A DNA stretch of 64,000 bases from the human T2T-CHM13v2.0 reference genome, Homo sapiens: assembly GCF_009914755.1 (NCBI RefSeq), contig NC_060932.1; one strand, 5' to 3'. Shown piece after piece: positions 45,062 through 56,609 of this stretch. Position 1 is the stretch's first letter, and every line of letters begins with the position of its first letter. Under the pieces are notes generated by a model that had not been told where the DNA came from, did no database searches, and saw only the letters and a program-made list of their open reading frames with translations. The position numbers and the translations under genes were made by a program.

Positions 45062-47745
45062 AGTTCTTTGACTATGGGCCAATAGCTTCTCATCCTCAGG
45101 GCTCGGTTTCCCCATCTGTCCAGGGAGGGGCTGGCCTAGATGCTCTCTGGGCTCCCTGCCAGCCAGTACTCATCTGCCCCACATGCCCCGGGTGGTCCCT
45201 GCCCTGCCCTGCCCCTCCCAGTGCTGATCCTGCCTGCCTGCCAAGAACCGTGTTGCCCTCGGGGGACAACAGTGGTTTCAGGTTCCCTCCAGGAAGCATG
45301 CCTGGGGAGAGGAGAAGACTCAGCGCTCACTTCCAAAACCCCCCATGTGCCCGAGTAGTGGGTGGCAGATGAAAGCTGACGAGTTGAATAAATGAGGGCA
45401 TGATCAGGTTTTAGCAGACGTCATAGGAAACAGCTCAAGGCCCTGTTAATCAAGCATGCTGGGCTGTCTGTCAGAGAGGAGGGGGTCTCTCTGTGACCCA
45501 GGGATGGTTCTGAGATGCCAGGCCCTGTTCAAACCCTTCCAGGGGCTGCTTCGGTGCTGCTGCTGGGGTCCCAGCCTGCAGATCCCCCAGCCCTCAAAGT
45601 TCTGGGTACCAGGACTGATGAGGGTGCAGCTCAGAAGGCCCCGGTCCACTGCTGCCCACTCACTGCAGGAGCCAGGTACACCCAGGCAGGGATGACCTGG
45701 GATGCTGGGGACCCCTAATCCTTGTCCCCAGCACTATGGCAGGCTGGAGCTTTTTCTAGCTCTGTGACAGCTTTGCTATCTTGGGATGCCTAGAGCTGGG
45801 GCTTGTCTGCTCATTCAAGAAATATTCCCCAAGAGCTTCTGTGAGCCAGACACTGTCATAGGTTTTCAGATTCAGCAGTGAACAAGAGAAGGCCCAGCCC
45901 TGAGAGCAGCCATGCTGGGAGAGAGGGTTGAAGTTTATATTTCAGATGACAGAAATCCACAGGGCACTTTCTGCACCCAGCCTGGCATTAAGTGCTCCGT
46001 GAATCTGACCCCATTCAGTCCCGACCACAGCTCTCAGGGGAGGCTGCGCTTGCCTGTGCTACAGACACGGACCCTGGGCATGGGGACCGCAAGTGACCTC
46101 CAGGGTCACCACTCAGGAGGGACACAGCCAGCATTGGCACACAGGTGGTCTGGCTCCTGCTCCCAAGCCCTGCCGGATGCTGGTAATAAACACACGAGAA
46201 CACGGTGCCCCAGAGTGACGAGAGTCAAGAACAAGCGTCTCTGAGTGACTGCTCTGCTGGCTGGGTGGGCAGTCAGGGCGGCCTCTCGGAGGAGGCGGCC
46301 TTTGAGCAGAGACTACAGTGGAGAGAAAGCGTGGGCTTGGCTGCAGAATGTGGACTGAGGGGTAAGTATGAGGAGCGTAGCCAGTGGCTGGGCCAGACAT
46401 GGAGGGTCAGGAGTTTCCCCACCATAGACGGCTGCCAGGGGAGCTCCTAGATGTCGACCTGGTGTGTCCTCTGCAAACTGCCAGCCTCATGATCTCATCA
46501 CCCTGACCTTGTAGTTCCACCAGCTCAGGCCCTGGCACCCCCAGCCCCCACTCTTTCTTAAGAGGAGAATCCAAGTGCACCCCATGACCCCTTCCCGGGC
46601 CTGTCTCACTCCATCTCCTCCCCTGCCCCTCGTTCCCTGGTTCCATCCCAAGGCCACCTTCTCCAGGTGGTTGCTGCTTTCTTTGGGTTCCTACAGCTTC
46701 TTCACTGGATTACCAGCCTCTGCTGTGAAGTGTCCGTTTTTGGGACCACAGCTCCTCTCTGGCTCTGGAGTGGGTGTTTCTCTGGGGTTGCTGAGGCAGT
46801 AGTAGGAGCTGGGACTGGCCTTGTATCCCCACAGTGTCCAAATACCCCTCGGTTGGCCACAGGGTCCAGGGTGTGTGCTCAGAAACCCTCCCCTGGAATT
46901 TGGAGACATTGGCATTCGAATGGAGGTTGAGGCTCTGTCTTCCCATTGTTTCCCTGCCAAGATACAGTAAAGCAAAACAATCAGAGCCCTGATGTGTGGC
47001 TCTGGCGGGTGGAGGACATAATGAGAAGCCTCCTCTGGGGATTCTCCCCTCTCTCTTTGCAGGTGGAAGGAGCCCTGTGGACAGCTGTGAGGTCTCCCCA
47101 GCCCCTGAGAGGTGGGGTTGGCCTACGGGAAGTGGTGCTGCCTGTCCCGTGCTTGGGCACACGTGGGCTGCAGCCAGATCATTTAGAGAAGGAAGGTGGA
47201 GGCTGCTTGGAGGAGGGCACATGGGCAGGCAGGGGCTGGAGAGCCCCAGGAGGGAGCTGGGGCAGTGCCCAGGTAAGAGGCCTGAGCAGATATGCTGTGG
47301 CTGTGACCTGGACCCATAACAGGAACCCAAAATGCAGGTGAGGCTGAGGCAAGCAGACACCACGCTCCAGCAACACGGGCACCACCAGTGCAGCCACCAT
47401 TTCCCAGCAGCCTACGCATTGTAGGACACTTGTCACGCATTGTCTCAAATGCCCACAACCACAAAAAGCAGCCACTGTTGTTCCCATTCTGCCTCCAAGG
47501 AAGCAAGTTCCGAGAAGCAAAGACATTCCCCATGGTCGGCCAATGGGAAAGTGGAAGAAATGGGGTTTCAACCCAGGTCAGAACCTGGTTCTGAGCCTAA
47601 GCCACTTCCCCTGCGAAGTCCTGGGGGGTGACTAGCAAGGCTGGCTGACAGCTTGGCTTTGGACAGGATAAGGTTGAGGTACCTGAGGGACCTCCTGGGA
47701 GATGGGAGCACTTGGTCTGGAACCTGTAACCTGGAAGAGAGAGCT

Positions 47746-47994
47746 GGGCTAGAGATGAGGATCCCACAGATGGGGCCGGAGGTGAAAATCCCACAGATGG
47801 GGCTGGAGGAGAGGAACCCACAGATGGGGCTGGAGGTGAGGATCCCACAGATGGGGCTGGAGGTGAGGATCCCATAGATGGGGCTGGAGGTGAGGGTCCC
47901 ACAGATGGGGCTGGAGGTGAGGGTCCCACAGATGGGGCTGGAGCTGAAAATCCCACAGATGGTACCTGAGGTGAAAACCCCACAGATGGGGCTG
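47746..47994. repeat. 27-bp minisatellite, ~9 copies
   Basis: Unit gatggggctggaggtgaggatcccaca. Confidence 0.93.
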
Positions 47995-48619
47995 GGTCAT
48001 ATCAACCCCTCAAGGGCAGGAGGAGAGGAGTAGCCAGCAGAGAGGTTGCTCACCTTCACTCCTCAGCAACCCCCTTCCACCAGCCCATTCTGAAGACTGC
48101 AAACTGAAGCAGGAGGTGCGGTCACCCGGCCTCTGTGCTGCAATGCAGGCTGGATCCTGGGCCAGTGTCTTGGCGTTGCTGCCCCCATGGCTGGACCCCC
48201 TGTGAGCCCTCAGCGTCCTCCCTCTTATCCCACAGCCCAGAGATGGCTCAGGGTTTTGTGGGAATCATGATGAATTGGTTGAGAGTCTCACAATTGCCGG
48301 GAAGGGGAATAATGAGTTGGAGCTTACAGTGTGGAATGGCAGGGAAGAGATGGGCAGGGAAGAGATGGGCAGAGAGGTGCTGGCAGCTCATTTCTCCTTT
48401 TCAAGGCCCAAGAGGCAGGTCCATCCAGGAGGGTGGGAGTGAGGGAGGAGGACGAGAGTCAGGAGGCCCTGCCAGAAGGGCCGAGCCAGGCTCCTGCTCC
48501 CTCAGTGGACATAGAGAAAACACGGCCATTGGAAGGTCCTGCTGGTCCCGAATTTTCTTCCAGTTTTGCAGAAATGTCCCACTCTTGGAAGGGACTGTGG
48601 AAACAGCTTTGCCCTTGGT

Positions 48620-48770
48620 CACACTCTGAGTCCTGGTTCTGGTCACAGACTGAGCCCTGGTCATAGGCTGAACTGTTACCCTGGTTATAGACTGGGCACT
48701 GATCCCCTTATATACTGAGCCCTGATCCTGGCCACTGACAGAGCCCTGATTCTGTTCACAGCCTGAATCT
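48620..48770. repeat. Degenerate ~18-24-bp repeat
   Basis: Recurring ctgagccctg(atcctg)gtcacaga-like units. Confidence 0.55.
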
Positions 48771-49474
48771 TGATGCCTTCTTACCAATCCCTCTAAAGAG
48801 ATTACAGTGTGACTACAGGGATGAGACGGACATTCCAGACACAGTTAAGTAACAGCATCAGGCTGAGTCCATCTGTACTCTGGAAGTCCAGGAAGTCAGC
48901 TTGGCTACGTGGTCAGGACAATTTAGGCAGGCTTCCTGGCGTGGAAGCTGGAAGCCGAGGGACTCCAAGAACAGCCGGCTTGGTGGGGAGAGGACTGTGT
49001 GGACATGGGGGCAGCACCTAGGTGTCGGGGGGCCGAGGGCCCACTAGTGCCAGGTGTGGGAGGCCAGCAGGCCCTAAGGCAGGCATGGCAGACCCCTGCA
49101 TCCTTTTCTCTTCTCCACGGGGCATGTGGGGCCCTGGGCTCCTGGAGAGGTTTCTGCGGGGTTGATGTGACTCTGGTCTCTCAGGTTGTCGCTCAGGCTC
49201 TCTGCTCCTGCTCTGCTGCCTCCGGCTGTCTTGGGGTCCCCATACATGCTTGGAGCAGTGGCCTGGCTGTGCAAGAGCCCACAGGACCTCTGGGCCACAT
49301 GACAACATGCGGCTCAGCGCACGGTGGCCTGGGCCCACCCCTACTGTCCATGCCGTCGTGTTGCCTGCAAGAAGGAGGAGGGCCAGGAGTAAGGGTGCAA
49401 AATGGGAAGGACGTTCTGGGATGTGTCCCTCTCCCCTGGAAAAGAGAGCTTAACCACCAGGATGCTCGGGCTGT

Positions 49475-49925
49475 GAGTGGAAGAACATGAAACTCAAAAA
49501 GGCTTAAACATGAAAGGATATTTATTGGCTGGTGTAACTGAAAAGATCAGCGTTCGTTTCCAGCGTTCATTTCCAACTGCACAAACAGTATCTGCAGCGT
49601 TCAGCCTCTCTCGTTTCCTTTGATCTTCTCTGGGTCGGGTCCATCTGTGGGCTCCCGCGGAGGCGGAGTGACAGCCCTCACCTCCTGGCCAGATTCCTGC
49701 CAGGCTGATGTTCATGGCAAACGGGAAACATCTTCACAGCAATTTCCTCTCAGTCCCAGTGATCCCTCTGTTTGACCACCTGGCGCCACGGGCCCGGCTC
49801 TGAGCCGGCCACTGTGGCCAGGGGCATTGGTGCTCTGACCGGGTCACCCTCTGTCATGCGCCTCCAGGGAGGGAAGGGGGCTCCCCCAAAAGAAATCCAG
49901 GTGATTCTTTGCTGAGGGGCAGTGC
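49475..49925 (-). mobile_element. Old MLT1 (K/L-like) LTR
   Basis: aactcaaaaaggcttaaaca...tttattggctggtgtaactgaaaag...cactgtggccagggg...ccccaaaagaaatccagg. Confidence 0.55.
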
Positions 49926-50174
49926 TTCTCACTCTGGCCACACAGTTCTGTGGATGCCTCCAGGCCTGAGTCAGTCTCCCCTTCCCTGGGAGCCCCCCAG
50001 GCCACAGCAGCCCTTCTAAAGTGCTCAGGGCCTGGAAGGAGCTAGATGCGGCTGCAGTCTCTTCGCCCGCCCCGGGGGTAGTGGAAGAAGATTCTCCATC
50101 AAGGATGAAGAAGGGGAGGCCTCAGCCCGACCCACACAGCAGACCCATCAAATCGTAACTGAAGAAGACCCTTC

Positions 50175-50270
50175 CTGCCTGGGGGAGCCGCGAGCCAGGA
50201 GTGCCCCTTGGCTGACAACACTGCCTGGGGGAGCCACCAGCCGGGAGCGCCCCTCAGCTGACAACACTGT
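50175..50270. repeat. ~46-bp tandem duplication
   Basis: ctgcctgggggagcc...gctgacaacactg occurs twice. Confidence 0.75.
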
Positions 50271-50636
50271 GATGGGACTGAGATGGGGCGGAACCTCGAG
50301 AGTCAGGAGTCAGGGTCCCCAGGGCAGAGCTGTTGCGACTAACAGCGAAAAGACCGAAGGACCCTCCACCCAAAGCCCCGCGGAGGAGCCAGAGACACAG
50401 AGCCGCGGTGGGGCTGGGAGCCTCAGGATTGTGTGCAGTGGACAGGAAGCTCCGCATGGGGCAAAGGGGCTCGGACACTTCTTGCCTCCTGAGGCCTACC
50501 CCTCATGGCTTTGTGATGAGTGATGGGAGAGGCAGCTGGGGCAACACTGGTGAAGCTGGACCAGGCCCTTCAGGAGCTGATGGCAGGGCCTGGGCCGTCC
50601 ACCCCTTGAGAGAGGGTGGGGGACAAAATGTTGAGT

Positions 50637-51066
50637 CAGAAAGAGACAGGAAGACAGTGATAGAGACAGAGAGAGCCTGGGAGAGAGACAGAGAGACCGA
50701 GAGAGACAGGGAGACAGAGAGAGACAGGTGGAGACTGGGAGAGAGAGACAGGAAGAGAGACAGAAAGAGACAGAGAGAGACAGAGAGAGACTTGGGGAGA
50801 GAGAGACAGGGAGATATGGAGAGACAGAGAAAGAGACAGAGACAGGGAGACAGAAACAGAGAGAGAGAGACAGAAACAGAGAGAAACTTGGGGAGAGAGA
50901 AATAGGGAGATACAGAGAGACAGAGAAAGAGACAGACAGGGAGACAGAAACAGAGAGAAACTTGGGGAGAGACAGACAGGGAGATAGAGAGAGACAGAAA
51001 GAGGCGGGAAACCCAGGGATGGGGAGACATACAGACAGATGCACAGAGAGAGAGACAGACAGAGAC
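50637..51066. repeat. GA-rich (GAGACA)n polypurine tract
   Basis: About 430 nt of gagacagagaga variants with an internal repeated block gagaaacttggggagaga. Confidence 0.93.
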
Positions 51067-52959
51067 CGCCTCGGCGAGGCAGTCACGAGGCTGGGAGGCG
51101 GAGCAGGAGTCAGCGCTGAGGAGGGCACAGGGGACATGCCTGGCTCCGTCTGGGTGCCAGGCCCAGAGCCGGGCATTTCCCATAGTCATCGGCCCCCTGC
51201 CCGCCCCCAGCATGTCGAGGAAGGGAGGAGTATTTTTAGTTCCATCTTGAAGACGGGCACAGGAACGGAGAATAACTGCCTGAAAGCACTGTCCCTGGTC
51301 TGAGCGGCCCTTGGAAAGGCTCAGCCTGGGTGAGCTGGAGGCAGGAGGGAGGGAGAGGGCAGGAGAGACAGGGGAGGGACCAGTGAAGGGAGGGGACAGA
51401 CTCAGCAAGGGGCAGGCTGAGATCAGAGGGCAGAGGGCAGAGATGAAAGGGTGAGGCCAAGGAGGGATGTAGAGAGCTCTGTGCTGTGCTGGGTCTTCCC
51501 CCAGAGCGTGACTGGGGTTCCCTAGGGCTCTGCGCTCCCAGGTGGGTCACCCTGCGTCTCTCTCCTCAGCCCAGGCCTTGCTGCTTCCCATAACAGTTAC
51601 AAGCACTGGCTCTGCCATCGGAGATGAAAGGGTACACGTGGGGTTCTCCGACCTTCCAGCCGTGTGACCTCGGACTGTGAGTGGACCTCTGGGCCTTGGT
51701 TTCTGAGTCTTAGCTACCTCATAAGGGGGTGGTTGGGATGAAATGAGTTAATCCATAGAAAGTGCTCAACCAGGGCCCAGTCAATGCTGGCCATGCTGTT
51801 GTGCTCTGGGCCCCAAGATGGGGGTGGGCTGAGGGCAAAGGCCGCCTTCCTGCCAGCACCTGGACACTCAGCCCCCGACTGCCAGCAGGCGCCCAGGCTC
51901 TTTCTTGGCTGAGCTGAGCAGCTATCTTAGGTCGTAATCCAGCTGCATTTGACTCCTGTTCTCTTTTTGTCTAACTTCCCGCGGGGAGCAGAGACCTCTG
52001 TTTGCTTAGCTCCCTCCACTTGCCTTCCTCGAATGTGGGAACCCCGGACTCTGTCTTGGAAAAGACCTGGCCTCTCCTTCTCTGGGTTGGGTCCATCCGT
52101 GGGCTCCCGCAGAGGCCTGTGGTTGCAGAGACCGGAAGCTGCAGCTTCAGGAGGGTAAGTGACTGTGCCCAGGAGCCGCACTGAGCAGCAGCGGGCTCTG
52201 CAGGGCCTCCAGGCTCCCCCGGGCGTCAGTGCGTGCTGCCACCTCCCCCTTCTCTGTGAGCTGGCACTGTGAGGCTGAGGGGCACAGTCTGGGGCAGGAA
52301 TCTCGGTTCTTCCCAGCTCTGTGAGAACTGGGAGATGCTCGAGAACTATCCCATCCCCGGATCTCAGTTCCCCCATTGTAACGGGGCAGCTGGACTCAGG
52401 GATGTCCAGTCCCCATGCTGGATCCCACCTTCATCTCCCTGTGTGAGATGGGGGTGGTGTCCTGTGCCCCATCCCTATCCCTGGGCCTGAATTCCCAGCT
52501 GCTGTACTGGTGCCCGGGTCCCTGGGTCCCTCCCACCCTGAGCCGCCTCCAGACCAAGCTATTGTCTCGGATCCAAGCAGCCAGGCTGGCTGGGCCTGGA
52601 GCGGGACGGGAGGACTGCGGGATTGCTGAGCCAGGAGGGGAACAGAGCACCTGCTTCCCTGTGACTGCCTCTTGGAGCGCTAATCATGGAGTTGTCCCAG
52701 AGCAGGGCTCCTCACTGAGCCCTTCAATATCTGATCTGTCATGGAAGAAAAATGTTGCGTTTTGTGTCTGAGACCTTTCCTTGATCCCATCTTGCAAAAG
52801 AGAAAGAAAGAAAAAAGAAACAACAAAGGCTGCCGGGAGAGTGAGAGATTTGAGAGGAGCATTTCTGAGGGAACCGTGAGTGTCGGGAAGGGTGGGCCTG
52901 GGGTCACGGAGCACTTTCTGGAAAGCCGTGGTGAAGCATCACCCGGTACCAGCCGCCTC

Positions 52960-53335
52960 GCTAGCTCTTGCCATAGCAGCAGCGTGAACAAGCGTCCCGC
53001 CATTTAGTGGCTCAAAACAACAAGGTGCCGTGGTTTCTCCCGAGCCTCGGGTGGGTCTAATCCACCTGCGAGGCTTGCTGGCAAGTCTGTGGTTAGCAAT
53101 GGGCTGGCCGGGAGGCTCTGCTGGTCTGGCCTGGGCCTTCTCACATGCCTGGGACAGTGGGGCTGGGTGGGCTCGCTCCCCTGCGGGCTTCTCATGGCAG
53201 GGGCTGGGTCTGGGGAGGCAGGGGGGTAGAAGCTCATGCCGTGTCTTGAGGCCCAGGCTCGGGGTCATCTCTTCTGCCGTATTCTGTAGGCCAAAGCCAG
53301 TTCTGGGCCAGTCCTGCTTCCAGAGATGGAAAGTG
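52960..53335 (-). mobile_element. Old MLT1 (H-J-like) LTR
   Basis: tttagtggctcaaaacaacaa...cttgaggcccaggctc...cttctgccgtattctgtaggccaaagc. Confidence 0.6.
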
Positions 53336-53363
53336 GGCTTGGCAGCAGAGCGGCTTTAAATGG

Positions 53364-53708
53364 TGCAAAGGATGGAATGTTTGTGTCCCCCAAACTCACA
53401 CATTGAAATCCTAGCCCCGAAGGTGATGGTATGAGGCGGTGGGGCCTATGGGAGGGGAGGGGGGCGTGAGAATGTTGTCCTCATGAATGGTACCACGCCC
53501 TGATAAAAGGGACCCCAGGGAGGTGCCTGGTCCCGTGTGAGGACTGAGTGAGAAGGTGGGGTTGAAACCTGGAAATGTCCCTCCCCAGACACTGCCAGTG
53601 CCCTGATCTCAGCCTCCAGCCTCCAGAATGGCAAGAAATAGATCTCTGTTGTTTGTAGGTCATGCAGTCTGTGGAGCTTGGGTGTAGTAGCCCAAACGGA
53701 CTGAGACA
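53364..53708 (+). mobile_element. MLT1A-like LTR
   Basis: gaatgtttgtgtcccccaaactcacacattgaaatcctagcccc...tagcccaaacggactgagaca. Confidence 0.85.
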
Positions 53709-53715
53709 ATGACAA

Positions 53716-54727
53716 TGGGAGAGGAAAATAAATCTCAGGACCCCAAATCACTAAGCTAGAGGGAAAAGGCAAGCTGGGAACTGCGTGAGGCAAACCTGTC
53801 TCCGATTTATTCCTAAATAGGACAGCTACGAAGATAAAAAAGCTACACAGCTCCCTCACCACTTGCCCACAGGGTATTCCCTGTGGACCTCAAGATCTTT
53901 ACTATGAAGCAGTTCTGTTGAATTTTACCAATGTAAACTGATAGCTTATCTTCACAGGCATGGGACAGAAAGTCATCCCTCCGCTCACCTGAGACAAATA
54001 CTTATCTGATTGTTTTCTGATATGATTTGGCTCTGTGTCCCCACCCAAATCTCATCTTGAATTATAATCCCCACGTGATGAAGGAGGGGCCTGGAGGGAG
54101 ATGACTGGAGCATGGGGCAGATTTCTCCCTTGCTGTTCTCATGATAGTGAGTGAGTTCTCACGAGAGCTGATGGTTTTCGAGTGTGGCACTTCCCCTGCT
54201 CCCCGCCTCCTGCCACCATGTAAGATGTGCCTGCCTCCACTTCCACCATGATGGTGAGTTTCCTGTGGCCTCCCCAGCCCTGCGGAACTGTGAGTCAATG
54301 AAACCTCTTTTCTGTGTAAATTACCCAGTCTCAGGTAGTTCTTTTTAGCAGTGTGAAAACAGACTAATGCACTTCCTCTGCCCTATTGTTTATGTAAAAA
54401 TGCAGATTCACTGAGCTACACTAAGGACTCAGGGAAAGGCTAATCAGAGACTCAGAAGAATGCAACTGCTTGTCTCTTATCTACCTGCGACCTGGAAGCC
54501 TCTTACTTCGAGTTGCTCTGCCTGACTGGACTGAACCAATGTTCATCTTACATATATTGACTGATGTCTTACGTATCCCTAAAATGTATAAAACCCAGCT
54601 GTGTCCTGAACACCTTGGGCACATGTTATCAGGACCTCCTGAGGCTGTGTCACAGGTGTGTCCTTAATCTTGGCAAAATAAACTTTCTAAATTGACTGAG
54701 GTCTGTCTCAGATCCTTCAGGGTCACA
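53716..54727 (+). mobile_element. MER4A-like ERV1 solo LTR (host of a nested MaLR LTR)
   Basis: ggaaaataaatctcaggaccccaaatcactaagcta...cctcctgaggctgtgtcac...ggcaaaataaactttctaaattgactgag...caca. Confidence 0.85.
54018..54371 (+). mobile_element. MSTA/THE1D-like LTR nested in MER4A
   Basis: tgatatgatttggctctgtgtccccacccaaatctc...gcagtgtgaaaacagactaatgca. Confidence 0.9.
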
Positions 54728-54944
54728 GCAATCAGGGAGAGTTGTCTTCCCCAAGCCCCGAGAGACTGCAGCAGGCCGAGGCTGGGGACTGTCAGGAGCA
54801 AGAGGAGCCAAGGTGTGGATGGAGTGAAAGGCCCATAGGGGGACCTGTCTACGCGATGGATGTACCCGAGGGCTCCCCTATCCTGCCTGTAATTACACGA
54901 ATGTGGGGGGGACAGTGGGGACATGAGTCCACTGCACACTTACC

Positions 54945-55130
54945 CACCCTGGACCAATGCATAGTAGGTGCTTCACACACACTTGCTGAAGGTTCAGCCC
55001 AGCCTCATGTCCCCTAGAAAGCCCTCCCTGGTCATTCACCCTGGATCAACACATAGTAGATGCTTCACACGCACTTGTTGAAGGTTCAGCCCAGCCTCAT
55101 GTTCCCCAGAAAGCCCTCCCTGGTCATTCA
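54945..55130. repeat. 92-bp tandem duplication containing an L2 3'-end relic
   Basis: caccctgga...catagtaggtgcttcacac...gccctccctggtcatt occurs twice (starts 54945 and 55037). Confidence 0.9.
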
Positions 55131-55272
55131 GTCTGTCATGGAGTGAGGCGGGTCAGTTTCATGGTCCAGGACACAGACCCCAGGGCCAGGTCTGGCAGGT
55201 TTTCATGCGACTTGGGCTCTCCCTGGCTGAAGGGTCTCGGGCACGTGTCTTAGTCTCCTTGCATCCTAGTTT

Positions 55273-56172
55273 TGTTGAAGAAAAGAGTCAACCTCTGTAA
55301 AATATTTGAAGAGATTTATTCTGAGCCAGATATGAGTGATCATGGCCCATGACACAGCCTCAGGAGGTGGAGAACATGTGCCCAGGCTGGTCAGGGCACA
55401 GCTTGGTTTTATCCATTTTAGGGAGACATTAGACATCAATCAAATACATTGAAGATATACACTGCTTTGATCCAGAAAGGTGGAACAACTTGAAACAGGG
55501 GCTTCCAGGTCTGTTATGGTGTGGCTCTGTGTCCCCACCCAAATCTCACCTTGTAGCTCCCATAATCCTCACATGTTGTGGGAGGGACCTGGTGGGAGAT
55601 AATTGAATCATGGGGATGGACCTTTCCCATGCTGTTCTCGTGATACTGAATAAATCTCAAGAGATCTGATGGTTTTAAAAATGAGAGTTTCCCTACACAA
55701 GCTCTCTCTTTGTCTGCTGCCATCCCTGTAAGATGTGACTTGCTCCTCCTTGCCTTCCACTGTGATCGTGAAGCCTCCCTGGCCATGTGGAACTGTAAGT
55801 CCATTAAACCTCTTTCTTTTGTAAATTGCCCAGTCTTAGGCACATCTTTATCAGCAGTGTGAAAATGGACTAATACAAGGTCATAGGTAGATTTAAATTT
55901 TTCGAATTGGCAATTGGTTGGAAGAATTATTTTTTTCATGCAGATGAAGGCTCCAGGTAGCAGGCTTTAGAGAAAAGAGATTGCAAATGTTTCTTATCAG
56001 ACTCAAGTTCTGTGTTGATGTGAATGCCGGAGAGGTATAATGAGGCGTGTCCACCCCCCTGCTTCCCGTCATGACCTAAGCCAGTCTTTCAGGTTCAATT
56101 TTAGAGTGCCCTGGATGAGGAGGAAGTCCATGAAGATGGTTGGGGGGCTTATAAATTTATTTTTGGTTTGCA
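55273..56172 (-). mobile_element. MER4B/D-like ERV1 solo LTR (host of a nested THE1)
   Basis: ctctgtaaaatatttgaagagatttattctgagcca...tgacacagcctcaggagg...ggggggcttataaatttatttttggtttgca. Confidence 0.82.
55512..55877 (+). mobile_element. THE1B/C-like LTR with 5-bp TSD, nested in MER4
   Basis: tgttatggtgtggctctgtgtccccacccaaatctc...gaaaatggactaataca; TSD aggtc at 55507-55511 and 55878-55882. Confidence 0.93.
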
Positions 56173-56309
56173 GTTTCCTTGTCTGTAAAATGGGGAGAAA
56201 AGGCACAGCCCTGCTATGTTGTCTTGGGGCCAGTTCTCCACTGGAGGGCAGGGGGACAGCTGCCCACAGCCAAAGAGGAAGCACCTGCCATGTGGTCAGT
56301 GCTTAGGAA

Positions 56310-56609
56310 GTGTTAGTGAAAGGGGAGGAAGCCAGATGCAAAAGGCCTCACATCCCACCCAGGAGATACCCAGGACGGGTGCATCTGCCGAGATGGGCGC
56401 AGTGCAGACAGGGGGTTGCCAGGCACCACAGGGAGGGATGTGGAGGACTGACCATGGGTGCAGGCTTTCCCTCTGGGGTGATGAAAATGTTTTAGAATTA
56501 GGGAGAGGGGGTGGCTGCGCAGCATCGTGAATGTGCTCAGTGTTGTCGGATTGGACACTTCAGAATGGTTGGTTTTGTGTGATGTGAATTTTGCCTCAAT
56601 TTAAAAAAA
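56310..56609 (+). mobile_element. Old L1 (L1MB-like) 3' end
   Basis: ggggtgatgaaaatgttttagaattag...gtgatgtgaattttgcctcaatttaaaaaaa. Confidence 0.8.

Noticed and set aside
50333-51408. Arg/Glu-rich and Ser/Leu-rich ORFs resembling splicing-factor or membrane proteins
   Set aside because: Translations of the (GAGACA)n tract.
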